64,000 nucleotides of DNA from Antedon mediterranea. Taxonomy: Eukaryota > Animalia > Echinodermata. The notes beneath the pieces were generated by a model, which was given only the letters and a program-made list of their open reading frames with translations, made no database searches and was not told where the DNA came from. The stretch spans positions 15,190,001 through 15,254,000 of the forward strand of contig NC_092672.1 in the NCBI RefSeq assembly GCF_964355755.1, written 5' to 3'. Below, piece after piece: positions 38,401 to 52,636 of the stretch (the stretch's first letter is position 1; each line of letters starts with the position of its first letter). Made by a program: the position numbers and the translations under genes.

Positions 38401-41400
38401 ATTTATAGTATGATCAATGTTCAACTGTTTTATAATAAATAATAATTAGGAATAATATTGCATAATCGCACAAAACACTCTAAAATTGTTTTTTAAGGCA
38501 CTGAAGCATCTAGGTTTTTGTTTTTTTACTTATTACTTATTTTTTATAATATCTGTTTGATAATAGAGTTATTGAATTAAAAGTAATTCTCAAGGCTATT
38601 GACTAAAGGTATTGATAATAGTATGAAAACAAAAGGAATAATAATGAATGAAACAATAGGAATGATTTTAGAGATACCAATAACAGTACAATTATTTAAT
38701 AGTGACAGTGATAATGTAATAAGTAATACTAAATAATTAAACGATTATAGTAATAATTGAGAGGTACGGTAATAATAATTTAATAGTGATAATTAATGAT
38801 AACAAAAAAAATATTATAAAGAAAAAACATCAATAATACAAATTTGTTAAGCTTGATTTATAAAATTGAAATTAATATTTCAGTCTGTTAATGTGTATAT
38901 GGTTCATGTTAAAACTATAGGGCTGTCACACATCCTAACAATAAATTAATAACTGAAGCTGAATATAATTAAATTAAGAATTATGTATTAGCATATTTCA
39001 TACACAGTGTGTTGGTATTGTATTATAATAATAAGTAATATTTTACAGATTTTTTTTAATATAGAAGCACAGATTATTTTATATCATATATATATATATA
39101 TATAAAGAAATACATTATAAAATCTTTACATTATGAACTAAATTAGTGACATTAAAACTTTTAAATTTTACTTTTTTGGAACTGTGTACCTTGAAGCTTC
39201 TTGAGGTTATTTTACAGTGCCATGCTTTATCTAGGCAAGTAGGAAACATGGGTTTGCTGTTCATATTCAGTGATTTGTGAATTAACTCCTTTGATATGTC
39301 ATGAAATAAGAAATCATTAAAATTGATTTTAATTTAGAAAACTATAAAAATATATATTTAAAACAGAGAATTAATGACGACTGTGAAATATGCTTGATTT
39401 AAGTACTTTTTATGGGAGGAAGCATCTTAACTATATCGCCATTAACTTTGACTAATTTCCATTTTAATGAGACGGGACTGTCAGCTATTTTCCCCCAGAG
39501 AATAGGGCTGACATTTACACCCTCAGGTATCTATTGCATATTCATAGATCTTCAAATTGTCATCAACTTTTACAAATGGATAAGAATAGTAAGTTGAGCA
39601 AACATGTTGTTAACATAAAGACCATGTACATGAATGCAGAGAAAGTATTTGTATTCAAGCAAAAACTGCATTTTATATATTACCCGATAGTTAGAAATAG
39701 CTTCATTTAATTATTTGTTTTCAGTTATTTAGTTTTTATGAATTATTATTATAGATCTATGAACATGAAATTTATGTTTTTACTTATAAAAAGAGAAAAT
39801 AAACGGTTAAATTCAACCAAAAACCCATTGACTTCCAGTCAACTTGACTATTTTTGCTTTAAATTACAGTTTTTTCAAGGTAAATATTTTGTATTTTTCG
39901 ATCTAATTTTTTGTCAATGTGAATAATTATTATGTGACATTAAAATAGCATATTCAACAAAAACATCTTTAATTTATTTATCCTAATTGCATGTATAAGT
40001 TTACTGCATATTAATATTTTTTATTCAAACTTGTGTATATTCATTCAACAAAACCTGCATTTCACCATGTATGCTGTAGGTATTACGATACACATTACCT
40101 GACTTAACTATATTGTATTTACTTACTTTAGGTCATATTAATATTTTTTATTCAAACTTGTGTATGTAATTCATTCAACAAAACTTTACAAACTCACCAT
40201 TTATATCTCTCTTAGGATATTGGAACATCTAAAGCACTATTCAACTCCTTGGAAAATCCTTACATAAAACACAGTAGGTTAGAATGTCTGGTCCACTTGA
40301 TTCTATTTGTTATTTGTTCTTATTGATATTACCTTGTGAGTAGACCTATACTGTACACTGATTAAAAACACCTCACTGTGACTTGTTCAGCTCTTATTTG
40401 TGAACTGTGGATCGAGGTAGTCCAATGAAAGCAGAATGTTAAAGCATTCTTAATCATTGATGCCATAAGTATGGGCATGCTCAGTTGTGCTTCTCTGTAT
40501 CTTAATGTGAAAAGTGGTGTTGTTGAAGTGTAACATTTAAATCATGTTAGAGAGATGGAAATGGAGATTTTATAATCACTGTACTTAAAGAAATGTGTCT
40601 TCTGTATTTGATTTGAACTGAAAACACAATACAGTGAAATAAATATAAAGGTAAACTAGAATTTAATTTGTCACTTTGACGAATTATAGGTGATCATTTT
40701 TATAATTTAACTGACATTCATTTTTTTTAAAACATCCACATACGTTAAATACGATCGCAAACATGTTCATCCTATGACCTGATGCCTGTTATGCTCATAT
40801 TCTTGAGCTGTATATCTATATACAATGTAGCATATAGGTGAAATTACAGGATCCACATCATGTTCTAATTTTTTGGTATGTTGACATTATTTAAAAAAAC
40901 TTTAGGATGACCATTTTAGAAGATAATGAATTAAGCAAATAAATATAAGATTTGGAAGAAGCACGTAGAAGCATGATGCGCGCTCTTTGAAATTTGTATA
41001 ACTTTGACGAAAGAGATGAAAAACTACTTTTTAAATTCAACTGGCCATATGATAACGTCACATCATCCGATAGGCTTAATTTTTACATGAATTCATATCT
41101 AAATTTTAATCCTTTATAATAAATTCTAATCATCAGTAACCTTCAAGTCTGAATAGCTGTAAGATATTCAAATATACGGTGTACGTGAACTTACATGACC
41201 TATGTCAATGTGATAATCTATGATGAAAGAGAAAAAAAACTTATTTTTAAATGCAAGTGGCCATTTGATGACGTTACAACATTTTGTACGCGAGATGTGT
41301 ACATGAATTCATATCTACAACTCAATGGCTTCCAGAATAAGTTAAAAAAAATTGGGCGTTATTGTGCATTCTGAAGAATTATTTTCATTTTAAAAATGCC

Positions 41401-41631
41401 TTAGTTTTCACAATTTTCAGCACGCGGGCAAAAAAGTGTTTTTGGGCAGCAATGCAAATGGCCTAATTCATGCTCTAAATTGATCAAAACTTAATTTGGA
41501 GCTTTTTAAATTTTAAAATTAAAGGCATAACCTTGAAACATGTAAGTTTTTATTTTCTAATATTTTTACCCTTGACCTGAACTTTACGTGTAGTGAATTT
41601 CATTATTATGTGATAATGAATTATGGAGATA

Positions 41632-43359
41632 CCAGGCTTAACCCGTGCTCCGCACGGTCTTTTTCTGCCTTAATATGTTGTTATATACTTTACATGGGCA
41701 AGTATAATAACAGCGCACTTTAATAAAAGTACTTTTAAATAAAATTCGGAACTACTGTATTTACGGCCATTGGTTTGTTATACTATATTCCTTCACTTCA
41801 ATATATGTAGGCTAAAAATTAAAGGAATAGTACAGTGGATATGAAACGTAAGGCTTTACTTTTGACGGGAAAATAAAAGACGCTAATAAAATTGTGCTGT
41901 GTAAATTAGATGATGCGCGGAAATACATAACGAAAGTATAAAAATGCCAAATTATATTATTTTGGGTGTTTTTCGTGGTGTATTAATTATTTGATACGTA
42001 GAAAAAAAAAAGTGGACAAAAATCGAATGAAAACACATTGCTGCGGTAACACGAATTAAGTTTATTCATTTATATTTTATTTTTATTTCACTGGTTTTGA
42101 TATTTTGCAATTTTTTTTGTATGGGAGATTTGTTACGTACTTGCTACTTTTGTAATTAAAGTGTGGTCTAGCAGAAACCCGTGCTCCACACGGTTTGTCT
42201 ACCTTAATAATAATTCACATGGCATGATTATTAAGTATAATAAAAGCGTACTTTTCCCGGCCACGATATTTCTTTTTGTACATAAGTTGGGGACCCCTCA
42301 TGAGAGTAGACGTCACAAAATATGAATGAATATTCATAAATCAAGTCCATAAGATATGTTAGAAATGAACTAACAATTCGCTAATACAAAGGTTTTCTGT
42401 TGAGCCGTCTGTGTAGTCGAGTGGATTAAGCTATGGTCGACTTTACATGTCGATGTATCGGGTTCGAATCCGATGAGCAAGTACTTTATAGTGAGAGAGA
42501 GATTATTTAGAGGATTAGGTTTAGGAACTTAAGTATCTTTCACATAAGGGGCCCCAACTTGTGTACGAAATAAAAAATCGCTTCCCGGCCCCGACAAACA
42601 AACAATACAATTCGGAACTACTTACGGACATTGATTTTGTTATACATACTTTGAAATACTTTGACATTAATTATTAAAACTTTATTTTGGAATAATAAAA
42701 ATGTAGTCGAAATTTGGGTGTATTTTTCATTGATAATTAAACGGAAACACAACACTAATTTGGAATCGTTTTTTTATTTTTTTTTGTTTTTTTTTTGTTT
42801 GTTCATATACATTTTTTTTCACGTGTTTTTTTTTTCCAATTTTTTGTGTGTGTATTTTTCCGTATCTTTTTTGCTAGTTTTGTAATTAAATTACAGTGAT
42901 ACTTAATTATTACACATGTCGCGGATTGAACTCGAACCTCCTAAGCATTGATATCATTTGCTCACTGAGCCAAACCGTGATTTACAAAATACATTCTGTT
43001 CCAAGGATAGGTGTAATTTAATTAAAACTTCAACGGCGTGATCATTCGATACGGTTGACTAAAGACTGTTTATTTCGCGGCCCGGCATGGTATTTGTAGA
43101 TCCGGCCATGGCGGTACACAACAGAGGTGGTTGCGTATTTTATACAGTGACGTAACATGGTCGCTGTGACGTCAAATTACTGCTATTTTTGCCTTTTTTT
43201 AGTGTTTATCCTTAAAATTCAGAAAAGAGACATAGCCTATAGTGTGCGGCCCCTCAATAAACATCAGTGTGCCAAATGTGAGCACGTACCTTTCAGTGGT
43301 TTTGGAGGAGATACGTAAAATTACACGAAAAATTTAGTAGCATTAATATATACAGTAGA
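41632..43359 (-). mobile_element. Non-autonomous Helitron with duplicated 3' terminus
   Basis: Minus 5' A|TCTACTGTATATATTAAT. 3' hairpin CCGTGCGGAGCACGG followed by CTGG|T (CTRR). A second internal hairpin CCGTGTGGAGCACGG + CTAG lies at 42168-42194. Confidence 0.75.
42403..42482 (+). mobile_element. tRNA-derived SINE-like head
   Basis: A-box-like TAGTCGAGTGG and B-box GGTTCGAATCC; no intact cloverleaf. Confidence 0.6.
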
Positions 43360-44800
43360 TGATTAATATTGTGATTTCACAAAATGGCGTACAAATGACG
43401 TCACGGATGAGTGATCACGCTGAAAAGCTAAATAGGATTAAACTAAATTATTTTGAAGATATTATGTTATTTTTGTGATTATTGACATTTAACTTGAGAT
43501 AATTGACACACAAAATCTGTACAGAAAGAAAGAAATAAAGATTTCATACAACAATAGGTGATCATTTTATTCTAAATTATCACCTAATTAAAGGTAGGAA
43601 ATTCTCTGATGATGATATTTAAATTACCTTTTTTGCGTAATCATTTCCAGCTACAACAGAATCCCTCTAATGTCTTAAAAAGATGGTTATTTCAGAAGAA
43701 GACTGTATGATGTTACGGTCATTTATGTTATTTATCACTGTTATAATGAATTATCAACAACATTCTTTATGTATTGTAACTATATCTTCATGACCATGCG
43801 TGTCGGTTCCTCATTTAAAAGATATGGATTTATATTTTATTTGATAAAAACTTATTAATCAGTTATTACCCGTTTATTTTTTTAATCAATTATTTTTGAA
43901 CAGCAGAAACTGCGCAAAATGAAATAACCGATTAAAAAATAACCTTTTAAAAACATTATTTCTTGTTTTAACAGATTACTGTTTTGCGGAGCAGTTTTTA
44001 GCTGCAACACAAAATAGCGATTATTGACCACACTTTGACCTCTAGAGTATGGCAACCCTCAATCACAAAGCATGCTGTCTATTTGCATGATCGACGACGA
44101 TCAGCAAAACAATGATATGGACCAATGGTATGTGAGAGTTTTAGGCAGCGATAGGATGTAAACAAACCAACTCTCATCGGCCTTCCATAACTTGAACTGT
44201 GTTGTGGGTATGGATAATTATGATTTTTAGAAAGCGATTACCAGATAACCAATTAACGTCAAAGAAAATTTTTTGTTGCAACATGGTCAATTCTGTGGTT
44301 TGTGGTAAGTACAAAGGAAAAATTTATTTTGTCAGCAGAAAAAGACCCTCAGACACTTGTGAAATACAAGATCAGCCTGTGACTTGTATTAAAAAATAAA
44401 TTAATAAAGGACAAGAATGAAATTTATTATGTACACCAAACCTTAATGATATTTTAAGTCAATAGATTATGCCAAAGTAAAAATATTTAATAATTGTTAA
44501 ACACTGTTTTATGATCTCCTTTATGATACATATATAAAATAGTCTTTTGAAAAATAGTTATTAGATGTTATAAGCTGATGTTTTTAAAATTAGCAATGAA
44601 TTTTAACTTATATAAAAAAATACAATCATGTTGATGATGAAGTTATGCGTAGGAATTATGAGTAGGTCTAAGCAAAGTCAATATTATTTTCCAATTTTAG
44701 TGTGTGAAAAAGCGACAGCTGTTGTAGTACATTTTTAATACATGATACATATTCTGTTGTGGGGTGACACTGTAGGACCACCACAGTTAATTCTAAATAA

Positions 44801-45520
44801 AACTAGATTTAATTTGTCACTATGACAAATTATAGGTTATATGCATTGATTTAAATAAAGATAATTGATATATAATATATTGATTGATTTTGTAAGAATC
44901 TTTAATTATTTATAATATATGAAAGTTATTTATAATAATGCAAATACAATAGCCAATATCACAATCCGATCAAAGATCCCTCTGCGTATAACTATAATGT
45001 CATAAAACTACCCTTGTTACATAATAATAAAGACATATTATTTATTTATTTATTTATGTATATAAGTTCCTTTTTCTATGGATTTCATTATAGATCATGC
45101 ATATAATCTATCAATCTCGGTAGCTTGAATGCTATAGACGCAAGCACATACCACTGAGCCATCCACAACCTACTAAAAGTTGAAGAAAGATTCCTCTGTG
45201 TATTTAGAAGTAACCACTTTGGTGCAGATAGAATATTACATACTGCAATGAATAATAGTTTTTTACTATGATGACATCTTTAAACATTTAAAAAAATAAA
45301 GCACTGTCAAAATATATACTTTAAATTTTAATATATGAACATTTTAAAGAAGTAGGTTAATGTAAAATTTGTTATTTCGGTCCAAGAAAATGTTTGTTTG
45401 ATTGTTGAAATTATTTTTTTAAAATTTAATATGCAATAAATCATACATATGATACATACACTTTAACAATCTATACTAATTTTAAAATTGTTCACCATTG
45501 TGTTAACTTTCGTGCATAGC
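44801..45520 (-). mobile_element. HINE-family fragment
   Basis: Terminus AACTAGATTTAATTTGTCAC..GACAAATTATAGGT resembles 40654; the body is the reverse complement of 16590-17080. Confidence 0.6.
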
Positions 45521-46959
45521 CTTGTAGAACAAAAGAACTAGATAGCTTACGGCTATTGTGTGTTGAGGATAGGGTGACTCAAATCAAATTAAACAAAATT
45601 AATTAAATTAATGCAGTATAGAAATGTAGCATCATATCTTCTATATATAAATTTACGTAAGGGCAAAATTCGGTAAATCACGCATTATTTCTAGAATGTT
45701 TACTCGATGGTATATAAAGTTGGTTTGTACTTTCGATACTGATTTTAACCACCTGATGTAACCCTGTTTACTAATTAAATTGAGTTCGATAATTAGTTAT
45801 TGACAATTAAAATGAATTTTAATTCATTTGATTTGCCCCAAATAGGGGTGTTTTCCGATCTTGGTATACACTGTCTAATGCATGTCCATCTTGATACAAT
45901 AATGTGGATGATTTGCATTTTCCTATCTCCTCCTACGATAATTGTTTTTAATGGCTGAAAACTGGTTGAACAGCTCGAGTACAGTATCATAATGTTGAAG
46001 ACGCCGATTTTCTTTAAAAAATACTATTTTGATAGATTTAATATACGTTTATACAAATGTATTGATTTGCAATGAATGGAACATTCCAAATTATTTGGTT
46101 TAACCATGCTTGCATACCTCCATGGTTTAACACAAGTAGGTAAATTTATGGGCCCTTGGAGAATAAACATACAATATAAATAGGTATTAACCACTTTTGA
46201 TCCCCATTTGAATCGCAAATTTCTTATTGTGTGTGTTGGTACTGTTAGATATAATATAAACAAATATACTAATAAACTTTATTACTGTGTGTGGGTAGCC
46301 CCTACTTTTAGATTGTAAACACATAATAATATAATACTTTATTACTTACAGTTGCTTCTCAACGTTTGTATTAATTAATAATTACAAAAAATATAAACGT
46401 CGTAGTGGTGTATCGTTACATGTACTTTACTATTTCAATCGACTATGACAGTGACAATTTTAACAGTTATTAATTCTTTAAATGTTTTACTCTATTTAGT
46501 GGTATATTATTGATAGGCCTATAAAAAAATATTTCGTTACTTAGTGGACATAATAAGAAATATAAAGAATAATTTAATATAAAGAATATATTACAAAATT
46601 GTTCCTCTTTGTATATCTATCCTCATCGCCAACCCTCATGTTAGATACAAAACACAAATTGGGTTTGTTTAAATGAGTCCAAATCAAACATTTGGACTCA
46701 TTTTGTGACAAGTTTCTCTTTTGGAAGTAATTCGCAGGGTGCTAATTTTGGTTGACTACATAAATCATTGTGTCTATTTATTTGTTTCTGTAAACAACAA
46801 TGTTTTATAGTACTGCGGTACGTACATTTGAAATCGCCAGTTTTTTTACGCTGAAATTACTATGTATTCAAAAACCATCTGTGGGCACGACCTAGATGGT
46901 ACGCGAGTGAAGCGAGCGTACCATCTAGTAGTAATAATTTTATAAAGGCTGGGAACCAA

Positions 46960-47456
46960 CATGCACATGGTACCCGACACAGTTATTTTTATTTTGTTCC
47001 ACCAATCTCTTCTAAATGTTATAGATGGCACATTTTATGGTTCACCAATTAAAAATTGGAACAAATTACCAAGTACGATAAAAAGTACTGAGAGTGTAAA
47101 TGTACTTAGGAAAGCAGTCTCGCATCGAAACGGCATAGTATCTAAACTTATTTTTAACTTCTTTTTAAACTTCTTTTTAAACTTCTTTTACCTCAAGGAT
47201 TCCAATGGAAATAAATCTGAGTTATTTGTTTTCTTGGACGATCCTGATCAAATCACTTTTTCTTACCCTTTTTATCTTTTTTTATGAATTTTTAATGGTT
47301 TTTAAAGATTTAAAAAATATTTTAAACATTGTTTTTATACGGTTTTAGTGTTTTAAAATATTATTATCATTGTTTTATATGTTGATTTAATACTGTTTTA
47401 TTCATGAACCTTTTTACTTGTTTTATGTGATTTTGATCAAATAAATGAATGAATGA
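46960..47456 (+). mobile_element. L2/CR1 LINE 3' end
   Basis: TFYGSPIKNWNKLPSTIKS, a T-rich 3' UTR and an ATAAATGAATGAATGA tail. Confidence 0.65.
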
Positions 47457-47912
47457 GTCTATCACTTTCAACGTGCTTGTATAACGCAATTTCGAGGTTG
47501 AAAGTGAATAAATATGATGAAATTACAAAAAAAAGGTTGTAAAACAGAAATCGGGCAAAAATAGTGTGTATTAACGTTTAACGCGCAGTATGAATGCAAA
47601 AATCTGCGCACACTCATGGCAATTTTTTTAACTTTTATTGCCTGAAACATACTCTTATTTCATCAAAAATAAATTGTGACAATTTAAACAAATTTAAGCG
47701 CGCGTACACAAGGGTTATATGCGCTACGCACGTAATTGTATTGTCATGATGATAAAATATGAACTGAGATTTATGAGTACCAAATTTGGTTTAATTATGA
47801 TATATGCTTTATTCCTGGCCATAATGAATACACTCTGTAAAATTGACATAGCTAGATGAAATTGATATCAAGATAATTGACGGACAAAATAGTGCTAAGG
47901 AAAGAATATATA

Positions 47913-49260
47913 AACTAGATCTGAACTCGTCACGAGTTAGTTATCCGCACGACAAACCATATGTACATCATAGAGTAGAATATTGCGCACAATAAAAAAT
48001 ATTTATGCCATTATGACCTGAAGAAAATATAATGTTAGTGTGTTCTCTATTTTGTTTCTAAGTATATAGTATACACTAAATACTGTATACATATTACATA
48101 CAGTGTAGCTTAGATAAAATTACTGGACCCGCCTTTTATTCCAATTTTTACCATGATGACGTCATCAAAATGAAACACAATTATGATGCGCACTCTTTTA
48201 AATGTGATGAACAATGACGCAAAAGATAAAAATCTTTTTATTTATTCAACTGGCCATTTGATGACGTCACAACATCTGATTGGCAAAATGTTCACATGAA
48301 TTCGTATATAAAATCCATTAGCTTTTAATTAATTATTACTTTTTATTCTGACGAGCTATAACAGATTGAAATTTACTGTAAAGATGAAAATAAGTGACCC
48401 GCGTTATTCAAATTTTTTGACATTATGACGTCATCAAAATTAAAATGTTTTTAACTCTTGCGAAAGATACTTAATTGAGCAAAAAAATAGTAAAATCTGG
48501 TAAGAAATTGCGGTATATGAATAAGCAAGATGCGCTCTACTAAGTGTGATGAGGTATAATGAAAGAGACAAAAATCCAATATGTTGTATTCGGGTGGCCA
48601 TACGATGATGTCACAACATCCAAGATGTAACATTTTTACATGAATTCACATCAATAGCTTATCCACTTTCATACTATGAAAAAAAAATTGGTTGATCCTG
48701 AGGAGCTGTAATAGATTCAAAACAGGCATGATTTTGACAGTATTTTGTAACTTTTTTCAACTAAGATTCAACGTGTTCGTATGGCGTAATTAAAAATTTA
48801 AATGATCTCAATCTTTTTTAAAATGACTAGTAAAGACTGGAAAATCAAAATTTAAGAGAAGAAAATGTGATTTTCATTGTATTTGTACGCGCAAAATAGT
48901 TCGCGCGCGTGGACATTTTTAAATTAGCAAAATGTCATGATATGCGTAGAAATTTTATTAGAAATTAATTTTAAAAGTTTAAATGCGTGTACGCGTGTAA
49001 CTTGTTGTAAAACATGCCATTTTTAATCCACAGACAGTTTGCCCTTGATATAACAAAGTTACATTTGGTTTTTAATCTATGATCAATCATAAAAAAATCA
49101 TAAAATCGCGCGTAAGTCATGTTGCACAACTCTGACATCATAAAAAAATGGAGGTGCACAACTTCATGTAAATGTCGATATGTTGACAAAGTTACGATAT
49201 GTTCTGTTTACACGTTTTAGAGAAATATGACGCACAAAAATGATAGCATGAAAGAAGCAT
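47913..49260 (-). mobile_element. HINE-family element with internal TGGCCA..TGATGACGTCAC repeats
   Basis: Terminus AACTAGATCTGAACTCGTCACGAGTT, with a sibling at 52637. 49095-49240 matches 28405-28545. Confidence 0.65.
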
Positions 49261-50550
49261 TTTCATTTGATTTCATATCTTTCTTTATTCTGGAAAACCT
49301 TTTCAATACATAAGTACTGGTCTCCCATGAGGTCCAGATTAGTGACTTAACTACAAAATTAAAGTATAATATATACATATGTACAAAAAAAGAAGAGTAT
49401 TACTTTAAATACTAAAATTGATTTAAAGATGTTTTGTCCCTTGAAACACAAAAAAATGAAGGTCAAAATATTCTAAATTTAAAGTGGCCATATCAAAGTA
49501 ATATTAAAGTTATTCACTTTAAGTCGAAAATTAATTAATTAACAGGTAAATTAGTTTGAATAAATTTCATCTGGAAAATCGTCACGAGCGAAAGTAAACA
49601 AAGATTTCAAACCATGAGTACGCATGCATATGCTAAATTAGGATTGTTTACAACTCGTCACGGTTAAGAAGGTATTTTCACACAGATCATGAGGAAGTTT
49701 TATGATTATGCATACAGAGTAGCCAAACAAGCGCGTTTCATTATGGGATATGTTTTGATTGAAAACTTTGACTGGAAGTCAAAGTTATTTTTTTAACAGA
49801 AAAACGTCTGTATTTCAGTTGAATTTTTTTTTTTTTCGAAAAATTTTTGGTGATAGTTAATAACTATTATGATACTTCAAAATGACCCACCTTTTTTCGA
49901 AATCTATTATTTTTTATTTTTTTGGAATTAGTCAAAGGGACAATACATCTTTAAATATGTCTAAATTCATTAATTGGTAATTTTGCCGTAAATCAATTGG
50001 GAGGTTATTCCAGAGTTTAGAAGATCGGTAGAGGAAGGTCATTTTACCTTGTAAATTTGTCCATGTTGGAGTAACTAGGGTATTTGATGATTGACTACTT
50101 TTATGATGAATGGTGTGCATAAATTGAAACTGGGTTGATAGATATGAAGGAGCAATATCTTTGAAAAATTTAAAAACTAGCATCAACAATTGCTCATCCC
50201 ATTTGACTGTAAGTTTCTTCCATTTAATTGATAAAATTTAATTAATTTACCGGAGTGGTAATGTCACACAAGAATTACGATTACATTTGTAAGTAGACAA
50301 AGAATTGAGTTAGGTAGGCAATATCGAATTCTGCGAATGATGCCTAATTTTTGAAGAAACTTTCTAAATGTGTTTGTCCCAGGACATAGTCAAAATGAAT
50401 TCCTAAATATTTGTATTGATCAACCTTTTCAATGTTATCCCCATTAAATTTAACATAAACATTAATATTAACAAGCACGAATGTGCAATACTCGGGGTAC
50501 AGCGAAAGAAGCTGTATACAGACGTATACAGTTAGAAAGTAAAGAAAATA

Positions 50551-50621
50551 GGTTTCGCCAGGGCTCGAACCGGGACCTTCTGCGTGTTAAGCAGACTTGA
50601 CAACCACTACACTACGAAACC
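50551..50621 (-). tRNA. tRNA-Val(AAC)-like gene, near intact (possible pseudogene)
   Basis: Acceptor stem GGTTTCG/CGAAACC; anticodon arm TCTGC-TTAACAC-GCAGA; GGTTCGAGCC T-loop; downstream T-run. One T-stem mismatch and one D-stem mismatch. Confidence 0.8.
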
Positions 50622-50833
50622 TCTTACATTAAAAATGTGGGTTACAGAAAGTTTTTTAATCCATTTAAATTACAAATAAATGGTAATAAGCACAAAGCAA
50701 AATAAACATGTGTAAAAGTGATAATTACCGATTACACAAAATAAGTATTTTAAAAAATAATAAAAATAAGATATACTCTGTATAATTATCATATTGCGTA
50801 TACAGTACTTTTCACCATAAAGTTAAAAAAAAA

Positions 50834-50905
50834 GGTTTCGTCCGGGCTCGAACCAGGTACCTTCTGCGTGTTAAGCAAACGTGATAACCACTACGCCAAG
50901 AATCC
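50834..50905 (-). pseudogene. Degenerate tRNA-Val(AAC) copy
   Basis: Paralog of 50551-50621 with a broken acceptor stem, followed by a T9 run on the minus strand. Confidence 0.75.
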
Positions 50906-52636
50906 GCATATAACCATATAACTACATAACGCTGTGGTGTGTGTCACACATTGTGGCTTCTTAATTAAACAAATTAATTAACAAAAAATTAAAAATCCGG
51001 CTCTATAGCTTTGAGGACATGTCCCTGTAGTATGTTCATGCCAAATCCCAGCTCAATACTATAACGAATAAGGGTGGAGTAGTACTTTAAAAATCGCACT
51101 TTTTACTCAATAGTGTCCAGATGGAGGAAGAGAAGGAGAAAATGAGTAAGTACTAGACTCGGGTACCCCGAGTAAAAATTGTTTAGGCAAAACTTTGTTC
51201 CGAAGACCATAAATTTATTCTTTTTAGTGTTAAGGGTTAGTTTGTTAAATTCAAACCATATTTACATTAACAATAACATCAATGTCTCTTTGAAGGCTAA
51301 CAGAGTCAGATGAAGAAAATAAAAGTGTAGTATCAGCATACATAGCACATTTACAAGTTAAACTATCTGGTAATGATTAACATTATATAATAAAGAGGAG
51401 ATGCCCAAGTATGGAGCCTTGAGGAACCCCAACATTTATTGATTTGGGTACAGATAAAGAGGATTTGATCTTTACAACTTGCGATCTATTGCCAAGGTAA
51501 GAAATAAACCAACATAAAGCATTGTCCCTAATTCCTAATTGAATAAATATACTAATTAACAGTTCATGATTGATAGTATAATATGCCTTTTTCAAATCCC
51601 AAAAAATGGCTACAATTACTATACCATCGATCATTTATATTATTTAAGATATGATCAGAAACATCAAGAAAGTGACTAGAAAGTGGCAATTTATTATTTG
51701 TGAAATTGTTAATCTGGTCAAATACATAGTCATCAGTTATATTTATCTATTATCATAGTCAACATATCTTAGAGTTAGTTTTGGAGTTAGTGTTAGTAAA
51801 ATTGTTGGCAAGAGAATTGCCAATAGATGTAAAATAACTATTAAATTGATTGGCTGTGTCTTTGTCAGAAATTGTGAAACCACTTCCAGTTTTAACAGAC
51901 TGGATAAAGGTTTTATTTTTAGGAATTAATTTGTTTATGGTATTCCATAATTTGTTGGAATTATTTGTGTTTTCATTTACAGCATTAATACAGTCTTTCC
52001 TTTTAATTATCTATTTAAATTGTTAGTTTTATTTTTTAGGTGTTTTGCATATTCCCAGTCTTTAGGATCATTTGTCTTTTGTGCTTTTGAAAAATAATAA
52101 TCCCTATCTTTTGTTAGTTTTAAATAGTCACAATTTATCCATTACCTGAAGAGAACCCTTAACACGTTTTGTTTTTATAGGAGCACGTTTGTGACATGCA
52201 TTATTAAACAACTGTTTACAAATTCCCCACGCATTGTTAACGTCACTGCAATTCATTACCTCGTTCCAATCGATACTTTTAATTGTGTTAATAAAATCAT
52301 GGTTATTAAAATTTTGATATGAGCTAGACTTAATTGTCTTTGGTGCTATTTTCTTTTTTTTACATTATTTTTCACATTTTTATAAGTATATAAGTGAATG
52401 GTCACTTATACCAAGACTGAGAACTCCGGAGGAAGGAATTTTATCAGTACTTGTTACAAATATTAGGTCTATAATAGTTTTCCTGGTATCAGTGACTCTT
52501 GTGTAGTCCTTAATTAATTTAAGTTGCTACTGTTGGCAAGTTTATTAATTTTATTTAGATTAGTTTGTTTAGTAAGATCAAGGTTAAAATCTCCAAGAAT
52601 AACTACATCATCATAATGAGAAGTTCATGATATAGA

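Larger units (their letters stand above)
40654..43587 (-). mobile_element. Helentron-type non-autonomous element (HINE) hosting a nested Helitron
   Basis: On the minus strand the 5' end is TTAGGTGATAATTTAGAATAAAATGATCACCTA and the 3' end is ATGATCACCTATAATTCGTC..GACAAATTAAATTCTAGTT. Same family as 59251-60166, with internal AACTGGCCAT(A/T)TGATGACGTCAC repeats. Confidence 0.75.
50470..51178 (-). mobile_element. HINE (Helentron-type) inserted in LINE RT, carrying two tRNA-Val copies
   Basis: Minus 5' TTTTTACTCGGGGTACCCGAGTCT. The 3' end has sub-TIR GTACCCCGAGTA, hairpin GCACATTCGTGC and TTGTT. The LINE frame (FMVFGTK...NIEKVDQYKYLG) resumes across it. Confidence 0.85.
49270..52620 (-). mobile_element. 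Decayed L2/CR1-group LINE ORF2 (endonuclease + RT), with nested insertions
   Basis: Motifs DDVVILGDFNLD, ISDHSLI, FWDLKKAY..INHELL, GVPQGSILG, KYLGI and TFLYRSSKLWNNLP. The 3' end lies near 49280-49340. Confidence 0.9.

Noticed and set aside
42661-42885. Phe-rich and other 60-100-aa ORFs across the window
   Set aside because: Low-complexity T-rich translations, as expected by chance in AT-rich repeat DNA.
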